Part shown: positions 35,947 through 45,744 of the stretch, piece after piece
Layout of the letters: each line of letters begins with the position of its first letter
How positions within the stretch are numbered: the stretch's first letter is position 1
Assembly (NCBI GenBank): GCA_963716725.1
Contig: CAVQUB010000007.1
Coordinates: 32,001-96,000 of the forward strand
Length of the DNA: 64,000 nucleotides
Reading direction: 5' to 3'
Source of the DNA: an uncultured delta proteobacterium
Lineage (GTDB): Bacteria; Myxococcota_A; Polyangia; Polyangiales; Polyangiaceae
Notes under the pieces: generated by a model
Told to the model about the DNA's origin: nothing
Database searches by the model: none
The model's input: only the letters and a program-made list of their open reading frames with translations
Translations under genes and position numbers: made by a program

Positions 35947-37185
35947 ATGCGACCCGTGCGCTCTCGCTTCTCTGGTCGCGTGTGCTGCCCCTGGCCGCTC
36001 GGCCCTCGCCTCGGGCCGTGGAGGGCGCCGCCGCGGTGCTCGAGCAGCTCGACGGAGGCCTCGAGCGCGTCGACGCTCGTCGACCTCGAGCTGGCGGCGA
36101 TCGCCGACCGCCAGGGCCGCCTTCCTGCGCATCGAGGGTCTCGAGGCCCCACCGGGCCCGGCGCCGGGCCAGGCCGCCCGGGTCGAGCTGGTCGGCGGAG
36201 ATCGCCTCGCGGCTGAGGTGCGCGGGCGGCGACGGGCGACGACCTGGAGCTCGCGCTGTGCGGCGGAGCCGAGCTCGTCGTTCTCGTCGACACGCTCCGC
36301 AGCCTCGTCTTCCCCGAGCGCGTCGCGCCCGAGACCGCGGCGGGCCTGGCAGCTCCCGAGCAGGGCGACCTGCTCTACTGGCTGCGGCCCGGCGGCACTC
36401 TCGACCGCGTGCCCGGCACGCTGCTGGCGTTTGCCGCGGAGGGCCCGCGCCTGGAGGGCACCTTCGGCGAGCGCAGCTTCCCGTGGCGGGAGGTCGCCGC
36501 GCTGTTGTCGAGGCCCTGGGCGAGCCGCCCGCGATCGACGGCGCTCCGGCGGGCAGGGCCTGCGACCCGATGCCCGGGCGGTCGTCGACCTGGTCGACGG
36601 CGGTCGCCTGCACGGCCGCCTGCGCTCCCTGGGGGCCGGCGGCCTGCGCCTGGAGTACGCGCCCGGTCGTGAGGTCGACCTGCCGCTTTCGGCCGCTGGC
36701 CGAGGTCGCCGCCGACGACGGACGGACGCGCTTCCTCTCGGACCTCGAGCCGCTCGAGGTGCTCGAGGGCTCGCCCTTCGGAGACGACCTGGGGCTCACC
36801 TGGCCGCACCGGCGCGACCTCTCGGTCAGCGGCACGCCGCTGCGCGCGGGAGGCCGCACCTGGACCCGCGGCCTGGGCGTGCACGCGCCCAGCCGCATCG
36901 TCTACGCGCTGGACGGCGGCTGGAAGAGCCTGCGCGGCACGCGCCGCGATCGACGACCAGGTGCTGCTGCTGTCGGTCCACGGCTCGGTGGTATTCCGCG
37001 TCCTTGTCGACGGCGAGGAGCGCTGGTCGAGCGCCATCGTGCGCGGCGGGGACACGCCGCTGGAGCTGCCGCCGATCGACCTGGAGGGCGCGCACGAGCT
37101 CGCGCTCGAGGTGGACATGGCCGAGGACCACTACGTCGCCGACCGCGCCGACTGGCTGCGGCCGCTACTCGTCCGCCTGCCCTGA
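35947..37185 (+). CDS. Exported protein with C-terminal NPCBM/NEW2 domain (frameshifted)
   Basis: [25 protein letters not shown]..., [30 protein letters not shown]. Confidence 0.75.
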
Positions 37186-38152
37186 AGGCGCCTGGGCCGC
37201 GCGCTCCTCGGCCGCCCCGCCCTCGGCCGGGGCCGACAGGCTGCGGAAGTAGATGCCCTGGTCGCCGCCGCGCTTCTTGGCCTGGCGCAGCGCCGCCTCG
37301 GCGTGCGCGCGCAGCGGTCTCGGCCGACTCGAGGTCCTTCCCGTCGAAGGTCTCGAAGCCGATGCTGGCGCTGACCTGGATCGGCCCGTGGGCCCCCGGG
37401 ATGTCGCCCGACAGCGCGCGGATGGCGGCCAGCAGGCGCTGCACGACGCTGGCCGCGTCGACCTTGCGGGTGTAGGGCAGGAGCACGGCGAACTCGTCGC
37501 CGCCCAGGCGACCGGCGACGTCCTCGATGCGCAGCGCCTCGCGGATCACGCCGCCCACGTGCTCGATGATGCGGTCGCCGACCGTGTGGTCGTGCAGCTT
37601 GTTGACCTGGCCGAAGCGATCGAGGTCGACCAGCAGCAGGGCCATGTCGAGCTTGTGGCGCTGGGCGGCGGACACGTGGGCGCGCAGTTGCTCGGTGAAC
37701 TCCAGCGGCCGCAAGAGGCCCGTGCGATCGTCGTGGGTGGCGCGGTGACGCAGCTCGTCCATCTCCGCGCGCCGGCGCGCGAGCTCGCGCAGCCGCTCGA
37801 CGCGCAGGCCGTACTCCTCCAGCGGGGCGTCCCGTCGGATGGTGTCCCAGGGGCCGCGGTCGAGGGCGCTGACCCCCAGTCCGGCGGCGCCGCCGTCGGG
37901 GTCGGCGACCAGCAGCAGGGGCACGGGCGGCTCGGCCGCGCGCGCTGCCAGCAGCGTCTCGATCTCCGTGCGGCCCCCGGCCAGGGCGTCGAGCAGCACC
38001 ACGTCGGGGCGCACCAGGGAGAGCCGCGCCAGGGACTGGCGCAGGCTGCGCGTGATCTCGACGGCGTGGCCGGACTCGAGCAGGCGCCGGGCCCGCTCCT
38101 CCAGGCCGGCTCCGCGATGGTCGCAGACGAGCAGCGTCGCGCTGGCGCTCAT
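37165..38152 (-). CDS. REC-GGDEF diguanylate cyclase (one frameshift near the 3' end)
   Basis: Degenerate receiver (RPDVVLLD), DDRTGL, DLDRFGQVN, RIED I-site followed by RLGGDEF, SASIG. Confidence 0.88.
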
Positions 38153-38393
38153 GGGGGGCTGGAGGGATAGGGCAAGGGGGGTGCGGCGCCCGGCCGGGCC
38201 CGCGCTCCCGCCCGGGCGGCTCGCCGGGGCCGTCCCGGCCGGGATCGGCCGTCCCCGCAGGGGCGGCGCCGCCGGGCGGGACGCCGCGGTCGGCCGCCGC
38301 AGCGCGGGGGGGCGATCGGCGATCGGCAGGACGTCCATCGAAGTCTAGACTAGGAATTCGCTTGCGGTCGGGCGCGGGCTCGCCCCGCTTTCG

Positions 38394-38421
38394 TTGACAG
38401 GCCCCCCCGCATGGCTAGACT
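38394..38421 (+). promoter_or_regulatory. Sigma70-type promoter of the rpsB operon
   Basis: TTGACA (38394-38399), 16 bp, TAGACT (38416-38421) in an otherwise GC-rich region. Confidence 0.7.
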
Positions 38422-38428
38422 CTTGGCC

Positions 38429-38533
38429 CTCCCAGAGGCCGTGGAGGGGGACCGCTCCCCTCCGGGGCCCCGCGTGGGCCCACCGGCGAGGGGTGCGGCG
38501 CGAACCGGGCGCGCACCGCCCCCCCTCTGGGAG
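38429..38533 (+). ncRNA. Putative structured rpsB leader RNA
   Basis: 10-bp closing stem CTCCCAGAGG/CCTCTGGGAG encloses three hairpins and starts at the predicted TSS. Confidence 0.45.
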
Positions 38534-38668
38534 CAGCGTCCCCGTCCTGTGCGGGGGCGTCGCAGCGCGCCTCCCTCGAGCCCCCACGCCCCGCAGTCCC
38601 CGGTCCCGTTCCCACTCCCTGGCGCGCGCCCCGTGCGGCCGGCCAGCTCCGTCCTCTCCGTTCCCCTC

Positions 38669-39614
38669 ATGCAAACCGTCTCGGTCCAAGAGCTCATCGA
38701 CTCAGGTGTGCATTTCGGATGCCGCGTGTCGCGGTGGAATCCGAAGATGGCCCCGTTCATCTACGGGCGTCGCAACCTGATCCACATCATGGACCTGCGG
38801 GAGACCCTGCGCGGACTCCTGCGGGCCCAGAACTTCCTCTACCACAGCGCCGCCGAGGGTCAGCAGATCCTCTGGGTCGGCACCAAGCGCCAGGTCAAGG
38901 GCGTCATCCACGACGCCGGACAGCGCACCGGCATGCCGGTCGTCACCGAGCGCTGGATCGGCGGCACGCTGACCAACTTCTCCGTCATCCGCAGCCGCCT
39001 GCGCCGCCTCGAGGAGCTCGAGACGATGGAGGAGGACGGCACGATGGCGAGCCACTCCAAGAAGATGATCTCGACCCTGCGCCGCGAGCGACGCAAGATC
39101 GAGCGCAACCTGGGCGGCATCCGCGAGATGTCGAGCCTGCCCGGCGCGCTGGTCGTCGTCGACCCCGGCCGCGAGGTCAACGCGGTCAAGGAGGCGCGCC
39201 GCCTGGGCGTGCCGGTCGTGCGGCATCCTCGACAGCGACTGCGACCCGGCCCTGGTCGACATCGTCATCCCCGGCAACGACGACGCGCTGAAGTCCGTGC
39301 GCCTGCTGATCGACCGCCTGGCGCTGTCGGTCGAGGAGGGCTGCGCCAACCGTCGCGAGCAGGCCGCCTCCATGGGCGGCCCGGGCCGCGGTGAGGAGGG
39401 CCAGCAGCCCGTCGGCGACGAGCCGCGTCCGACGCGCACGCTGCGACCGCTGCCCAAGGGGCTGCGGCCGCGAGGCGCCCAGGAGCCGACTCCCGCCGAG
39501 GCTGACGAGCCCGGCGCCGGCGCCCTGGCCGAAGCTGGCGACGCCGGCGGGGAGGAGGCCGGCGGCGCGGAGGTCGCCGCCGAGGCGCCCAGCGGCGAGT
39601 CCAAGGCCGACTAG
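38669..39614 (+). CDS. rpsB: 30S ribosomal protein S2 (one frameshift near 39222)
   Basis: GVHFG..SRWNPKM.PFIY, VGTKRQ, RWIGGTLTNF, IPGNDD; acidic C-terminal tail. Confidence 0.97.
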
Positions 39615-39748
39615 TTCCCCACGACCCGGTCCCCGCGACCGGGTCTCCCACGACCCGCAGGGCCGCCGCGACAGGTGCCGCGCGAGGCCGCGGCCCCGGC
39701 GCCCGGGCGGGTCCCCCGATCCCCAACCGAGCCACGACGAGAGACGAC

Positions 39749-40597
39749 ATGGCGATCAGCGCGAAGATGGTGTCCGAGCTGCGCGAGCGCACCGGCGCCC
39801 CCCTGATGGACTGCAAGCGGGCCCTCGAGGCCACCAGCGGCGACGTCGAGGGCGCCATCGACAACCTGCGCAAGGCCGGCCTCAAGAGCGCCGAGAAGCG
39901 CGCCGGGCGCAGCACGGCCGAGGGGCGCGTGCGGGCCTGGATCGCCCCGGACGGCCACGCCGGCGCCATCGTCGCGCTGACCAGCGAGACCGACTTCGTG
40001 GCCAAGACCGAGGACTTCGTCGCGCTGGCCGAGAAGCTCGCGCGGCACGTGGCCGAGCGCGCCCCCAAGGGCGTCGAGGAGCTGCTGGGGCAGGAGCTGG
40101 CCGGCGGCGGCCCGATCGGCGAGACCATCAAGTCCATGTCCGGCAAGATGGGCGAGAACATGCAGGTCGCCGCCCTGGCGCGCTTCGAGAACGCCGCCGG
40201 CTGCGTGGGCGCCTACGTGCACCACGACCAGAAGCAGGGCGCGCTGATCTCGATCAGCTCGCCCCGGCCGGCCCAGGAGGTGGGCGCCTTCCTGCGCTCG
40301 CTGGCGATGCACGTCGTGGCCCGCAAGCCGATCGCGCTGCGGCGCGAGGAGATCCCCGCCGAGGTGGTCGAGCGCGAGCGCAAGGTCTACCTCGAGAGCG
40401 AGGACGTGCTGGCCAAGCCCGAGGACAAGCGCGGCTTCATCGTCGACGGCAAGCTGCAGAAGTTCTTCGCCGGATCGGCGCTGCTGGAGCAGCCCTGGGT
40501 CCTGGACGACAAGCTCAGCGTGCAGAAGGCGCTCGAGGCGGCCCTGGGCCAGGACGCCCGCATCGAGGCCTTCTCGCTGTGCCTGGCCAGCGCCTGA
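39749..40597 (+). CDS. tsf: Elongation factor Ts
   Basis: [43 protein letters not shown]. Confidence 0.97.
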   Translation: MAISAKMVSELRERTGAPLMDCKRALEATSGDVEGAIDNLRKAGLKSAEKRAGRSTAEGRVRAWIAPDGHAGAIVALTSETDFVAKTEDFVALAEKLARHVAERAPKGVEELLGQELAGGGPIGETIKSMSGKMGENMQVAALARFENAAGCVGAYVHHDQKQGALISISSPRPAQEVGAFLRSLAMHVVARKPIALRREEIPAEVVERERKVYLESEDVLAKPEDKRGFIVDGKLQKFFAGSALLEQPWVLDDKLSVQKALEAALGQDARIEAFSLCLASA

Positions 40598-40601
40598 GCG
40601 G

Positions 40602-41324
40602 ATGGCCTACCAGCGCGTCCTGCTGAAGCTCTCGGGCGAGGCGCTCGGCGACCCGCGCAACGGGCAGGGCTTCGACCCGGCCGCGGTGACGCGCATCGCG
40701 CGCCAGGTGGCGCGCGGGGCGCAGCTGGGCTGCGAGCTGGCGATCGTCGTCGGCGGCGGCAACATCCTGCGCGGCGCCACCTTCAGCGCCGTCACCAGCC
40801 GCCTGGGCGCGCACCGCGCCAGCGCCGACTACATGGGCATGCTGGGGACGGTCATCAACGCCCTGGCGCTGTCCGACGCGATCGAGGACCTGGGCTGCGA
40901 GACGCGCGTGCTGAGCGCGATCGAGATCTCCAAGGTGGCCGAGCCCTTCGTGCGCCGGCGGGCGCTCAAGCACCTGGCCCGCGGCCGCGTGGTGATCCTG
41001 GGGGCGGGCACCGGCAACCCCTACTTCACCACCGACACCGCCGCGGCCCTGCGCGCCCGGGAGCTGGCCTGCGAGGTGCTGCTCAAGGGCACCAAGGTGG
41101 ACGGCGTCTACAGCTCCGACCCCAAGCTGGACCCCAAGGCCGAGCGCATCGCGCGCCTGAGCCACCAGGACTTCCTCGAGCGCGGGCTCAAGGTGCTCGA
41201 CGCCACGGCCATCAGCCTGTGCCGCGACTCGGGCCTGCCGGTGGTGGTCTTCGACCTGTTCGAGGAGGGCAACCTCGAGCGGGTCCTGCGCGGGGAGCCG
41301 GTCGGCACCGTGATCTCGGGCTGA
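40602..41324 (+). CDS. pyrH: UMP kinase
   Basis: [45 protein letters not shown]. Confidence 0.97.
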   Translation: MAYQRVLLKLSGEALGDPRNGQGFDPAAVTRIARQVARGAQLGCELAIVVGGGNILRGATFSAVTSRLGAHRASADYMGMLGTVINALALSDAIEDLGCETRVLSAIEISKVAEPFVRRRALKHLARGRVVILGAGTGNPYFTTDTAAALRARELACEVLLKGTKVDGVYSSDPKLDPKAERIARLSHQDFLERGLKVLDATAISLCRDSGLPVVVFDLFEEGNLERVLRGEPVGTVISG

Positions 41325-41345
41325 GCCGGCCGGCCGCGGGCAGCG

Positions 41346-41374
41346 TTGCACCGCGGGGCGCCTCCCGCTAGGTT
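41346..41374 (+). promoter_or_regulatory. Sigma70-type promoter upstream of frr
   Basis: TTGCAC, 17 bp, TAGGTT. Confidence 0.5.
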
Positions 41375-41428
41375 GCCCGCTCGCGCCCCACCGGGGGCGC
41401 CCGAGTCACGACCCAGGAGCTGTGGCCC

Positions 41429-41989
41429 ATGACCGCCAAGGCGATCCTCGACGAGACCAACCAGACCATGGACAAGGCCCTGCAGCACGTGCAGGACGTG
41501 CTGCGCGGCGTGCGCACCGCGCGGGCCTCCTCGGCGCTGGTCGACAACATCCGGGTCGACTACTACGGCACGCCGACCCCCATCAACCAGCTCGCCGCGG
41601 TCTCGATCCCCGAGCCGCGTCAGATCGTGATCAAGCCCTTCGACGGCTCGGTGCTGACCGAGGTCGGCAAGGCCATCCTCAAGAGCGACCTGGGCATCAC
41701 GCCGCAGAACGACGGCAAGGTCCTGCGGCTGCAGATGCCGCCGCTGTCGGGCGAGCAGCGCACGAAGTACGCCGCCAAGGTCAAGGAGATGTGCGAGGAC
41801 ACGCGCGTGGCCATGCGCAACGGCCGGCGCGAGATGAACAAGCGCGCGGACGCCGACCTCAAGTCGGGCAAGCTGACCGAGGACGAGTGCCGCAAGCTCC
41901 ACGACCGCATCCAGGAAGCCCTCAAGGAGTACGAGAAGAAGCTCGACGTGGTCCAGGACCGCAAGATCGCCGAGATCATGGAGGTCTGA
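41429..41989 (+). CDS. frr: Ribosome recycling factor
   Basis: VRTARAS, VDYYGTPTPINQLA, LGITPQNDG, PPLSGEQR, RVAMRN.RR. Confidence 0.97.
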   Translation: MTAKAILDETNQTMDKALQHVQDVLRGVRTARASSALVDNIRVDYYGTPTPINQLAAVSIPEPRQIVIKPFDGSVLTEVGKAILKSDLGITPQNDGKVLRLQMPPLSGEQRTKYAAKVKEMCEDTRVAMRNGRREMNKRADADLKSGKLTEDECRKLHDRIQEALKEYEKKLDVVQDRKIAEIMEV

Positions 41990-42099
41990 GGCCGGGCGCG
42001 CCGCCCCGGCGGCGCGGTTCTGCCACGGGCCCCTTCACGCGGCGGGCGGATCGTGTAGAGTACGCCCCCCGCAGGCCGCCCCGGCGGCCAGCGACACCC

Positions 42100-42175
<76 letters not shown>

Positions 42176-42281
42176 CCCTCACCGTCGCTGGCCGGGCCGC
42201 CCCGCGCGGACCGCAGTGCACGGACCGCCCGCCCCGCCCCGCCCGGTCCAGTCCCGCGGCGCGGCCTGCTGCCAGCACGAC

Positions 42282-42354
42282 GGCCCCGTAGCTCAGTCGG
42301 TAGAGCATCTGGCTTTTAACCAGTTGGTCCAAGGTTCGAGTCCTTGCGGGGTCA
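42282..42354 (+). tRNA. tRNA-Lys (TTT)
   Basis: GGCCCCG acceptor, TAGCTCAGTCGGTAGAGC, CTGG-CT-TTT-AA-CCAG, GGTTCGAGTCC; followed by CCC, so CCA is not encoded. Confidence 0.95.
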
Positions 42355-42439
42355 CCCCCGGGCCGCTCCGCGGCCGCCGACTCGCGGGTGACCCGGCCGC
42401 AGGGCCGCCCTGTCCGGCCGGCCAGGCCGGCCCCCCCAG

Positions 42440-42741
42440 CTAGCCGACCGCGACGGGCGCGGCCGCGCGGCAGGCGGCCTCGACCTCGTCGGCCGCCTTG
42501 GGCACCCCGGCGGTCAGCACCTCGTGCCCCTGGGGCGTCACCAGGGCGTCGTCCTCGATGCGGATCCCGATCCCGCGCCAGCGCGGCTCGACCGAGTCGT
42601 CGTCGGGGGCCACGTAGAGGCCGGGCTCGACCGTCAGGACCATGCCCGGCTCGAGGGCGCGCGAGCGGCCGGCGTGGGAGTAGGCCCCGCAGTCGTGCAC
42701 GTCGAGGCCCAGCCAATGGCTGGTGCGGTGCATGTAGAAGC
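42440..42741 (-). CDS. pepP: Xaa-Pro aminopeptidase, C-terminal ~100 aa only
   Basis: [37 protein letters not shown]; homology stops abruptly at about 42741. Confidence 0.9.
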
Positions 42742-43046
42742 ATCCGTCTCCCACAATCCAGAAGTTCAGCGGCGCGTATTCTCGGCGCTGGGCATCTCGG
42801 ACGACGATGCGCAGGAGAAGTTCGGCTTCTTACTGAGCGCGTTGCGCTACGGCGCGCCGCCCCACGGGGGCATCGCCCTGGGCATCGACCTCGGCCATGT
42901 TGGCAGCCGGCAGCGACAGCATCCGCGACGTGATCGCCTTCCCCAAGACCCAGAAGGGCACGGACGTGATGAGCGACGCGCCGAATCCGGTGAGCCCGGA
43001 GCAGCTCGCGGACCTGCACATCCGAACGGTCATCGAGGGCGCCTGA
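42739..43046 (+). CDS. aspS: Aspartyl-tRNA synthetase, C-terminal ~100 aa only (frameshifted)
   Basis: [52 protein letters not shown]. Confidence 0.92.
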
Positions 43047-43225
43047 GCCTCGGGCGCGGACAGGACCCGGCTTTGCACGGAGTTTTTCCCCCATCACCAC
43101 CACCAGCCCGGCGCGCTCGAGGGCGCTCCACACGGCGGGCTCCTCCGGGGAATGCCCGAGCCGCCCGTCCGCGCTTTCCCCTTCTTGCGTCGGTCCAGCA
43201 TGACCCGCCTACAATAGCGCCGCTC

Positions 43226-44621
43226 ATGGGCGCGCGCGTCCTCGTCGTCGACGACAGCCCCACGATCCGCAAGGTCGTGGCGTCGTTGACGTCGAAGAGC
43301 TACGACGCCGTCACCGCCGAAGACGGCCAGGACGCGCTGATCAAGATCAAGTCGGGCGTCGAGTTCGATCTGATCTTGCTCGACTTCGTGATGCCGCGCA
43401 TGAACGGCTACCAGTTCTGTCGCGAGCTGCGCGCGCATCCGGAGCGCGCCAACGTGCCCGTGGTGCTGATGAGCGCCAAGGGCGACAAGATCCGGGGTCA
43501 GTTCGTGCAACAGACCGGGGCCATCGACGCCATCACCAAGCCCTTTGACGCTCGCGGCCTGATCGCGGTGGTCGAGGGCGCGCTGAAGAAGCACCAGGAG
43601 GGTCGTGGTCCGGTGGTGCCCGAGGCGGGCGCCATGCCCGACGAGTCGACCATCGCCGAAGCCATGGTGCCCAGCCAGGTCGTGCCCAGCGTCGATCCGG
43701 CGCTGCGGCGCGCAGACGGCGTCGCTGTTTTCGGCTGCGCTGGTCAGGCTGGTCACGCCGGAGCTCGCGACGCAGTCGGGCATCGCGCCGGACTCGGTGA
43801 AGAGGCTGGGCGAGGCCGTGGCCCGGGCCATCACTCCGGAAAACGTGGCTCACTGACCAGCCTGCTGCGCACCCTCGACTTCGGTGAAAACACCCAAGAC
43901 GTATTGGCCGGCGACGTGTCGGTGATTTCCATCGCCGAAATCGTCCAGCTCTTGCACCTGCAGGCGCATCAGACCGGCGGCCTGGTGATCTCCAACAACA
44001 AGAGCGGGATCACCTTGTTCGTCCGCGAGGGCGAACATCGACTTCGCCGATTCCGCGGCGTCCGCGACGAGTTCCTCTTGGGGCGCTACCTGGTCGAGTC
44101 GGGATCCATCGGCCGCGAAGACCTGGACACCGTGTTGGCCGAGCGATTCCGGCTCGCGGCGCCTGCTGGGCGACGTGCTCAAGGAGCTCGGCTTGGTGGA
44201 GCCGGAGGCGGTCACCCACGCCATCACCCGCCAGACCTCCGAGCTCGTGTACGAAGTGGTGCGCTGGAAGACCGGTCGCTTCACCTTCACCGTGGGCATT
44301 CCGCCCGAGGTTTCGACGGTGCGCCTCGGTCTATCGACCAGCGCGCTGGTGATGGAGGGTTTCCGTCGTGTGGACGAGTGGCGCCTGATCGAGGGCACCT
44401 TCGATTTCGAAGAGGTCATCGCGCGGGACGAGGGCGCCATCGAACGACACGGTGACGAGTCGAAGCTCACCAAGCGCGAGCTCGCGGTGCTGGAATCAGT
44501 CGACGGCGAGCGCACGGTGCGCGAGGTCGTCGAGTTCATGGAAGGCAGCTCCTTCGAGGTCTGCAAGATCATCTACCAATTCTTGAACTCGCGCTTGGTG
44601 CGGCGCCGGAGCGCCAACTGA
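43226..44621 (+). CDS. Response regulator with N-terminal REC and DUF4388/PatA-like domain (frameshifted)
   Basis: [74 protein letters not shown]. Confidence 0.85.
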
Positions 44622-44971
44622 TGGCGAGCAGCGCCGGCGTGATCGTGTCGGTTCGCGGCGAAGAACGCTTCTTGCCGGCGCTGATCGTGCACAGCGTGCA
44701 CTCCCAACCGCGGCTGTCGCCGGTGCCCGGCAGCCCCCTCGGGTTGGCGTGGGTCGCGGGCAAGGTGGTGCCCGTGGCGCGCCTCTCGGACGATGGCCCC
44801 CACCTGGTCGTATGCCTGAGCCGCGGCGAGGTCGTGGGTCTGTCTGGGGTCGAGGTCCTCGACACCGGGTTCTTCGCGCCCAGCGACCGCGGTGTCGAAC
44901 GCCAGGGGCGCCAGGTCGAGCCCCTGGACGTCTCGGCGGAAATAGAGGCGGCGCTGGAGGCTGTCGCGTGA
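44621..44971 (+). CDS. CheW-like protein
   Basis: LSPVPGSPLGLAWVAGKVVPV resembles the CheW core; lies between the response regulator and the MCP-like gene. Confidence 0.6.
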   Translation: MASSAGVIVSVRGEERFLPALIVHSVHSQPRLSPVPGSPLGLAWVAGKVVPVARLSDDGPHLVVCLSRGEVVGLSGVEVLDTGFFAPSDRGVERQGRQVEPLDVSAEIEAALEAVA

Positions 44972-45744
44972 GCCTCGCTCGGCGGTTGATGGCCGGTCTG
45001 CGCGAGACGGCGCGGGCTCATCCTCGGCAGCCGCATGCGGCGAGCGTCGAGGACGCGCTCTTGTTCCGCTCGTCTGAAGACGCCGAGCGCCTGGCCGAGT
45101 CTGCGCTCTCGGCGAGCCAAGCCGCGGGCGCGAGCGCCGCGCAGCAACGCAGCGCGCTCGATGCCACCGTGGACGCGGTGAAGCTGCTGTTCACCCGTTC
45201 GCGAGAGGCGCGCGCGAGCGTGGTCGCAGCGCGGGAGGCGCTGGAACAGATCCGGATGGTGGCGCTCAACGCCGGGCTCGAGGGCGCGCGTCTGGGTGAT
45301 CCGGCGGGCAAGCCCCTGGTGTTGGTCGCCGAGGACACTCGCTCGAACGCGGCCCGAGGTCTGTCGGCCCTCGACCAACACGCTGCCGCCCTGGACCAAA
45401 TGGACCGCGACCGCGACAAGCTGAAGGAACAAGTCGAAGGCGCCCAGGCCCGCACCGCCGACGTGGCCCGGGACATCTTGCAGGTTCAAGCCGCCCAGCG
45501 CGACGTGTCGACGGCGCTCACGGAGGTCGCTTCGCGCGTGAAGCACGTCACGCGAACCGATCCCGAGACGGCGCGAATCGTCGCCGATGCCGCCGATCAC
45601 GCCCGGGCCCTGCTCACCGCGCTCACGGCCCTCGCAGCGCGACCCGCTCGCGCTTCGCTCTTGGCATCCCTCGGCCCCACCCTCGGCCCGCTGCTCGAGC
45701 TCATGCGTGAGCAATACCGGGACGAACCGGGCGAAGAGCCGTGA
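44968..45744 (+). CDS. Soluble MCP-signalling-domain protein, degenerate
   Basis: ALNAGLEGARLGDPAGKPLVLVAEDTR matches the MCP hairpin tip; coiled-coil; no TM segment. Confidence 0.7.
   Translation: MSLARRLMAGLRETARAHPRQPHAASVEDALLFRSSEDAERLAESALSASQAAGASAAQQRSALDATVDAVKLLFTRSREARASVVAAREALEQIRMVALNAGLEGARLGDPAGKPLVLVAEDTRSNAARGLSALDQHAAALDQMDRDRDKLKEQVEGAQARTADVARDILQVQAAQRDVSTALTEVASRVKHVTRTDPETARIVADAADHARALLTALTALAARPARASLLASLGPTLGPLLELMREQYRDEPGEEP

Noticed and set aside
42282..42760. Genomic island integrated at tRNA-Lys as the cause of the compositional shift
   Set aside because: No integrase or att repeat seen; the break is inside pepP about 390 bp past the tRNA, and the far side holds core genes
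42524..44455. 643-aa ORF joining an AspRS fragment to a response regulator
   Set aside because: It runs across the chimeric junction and indels; aspS stops at 43046 and the regulator starts at 43226
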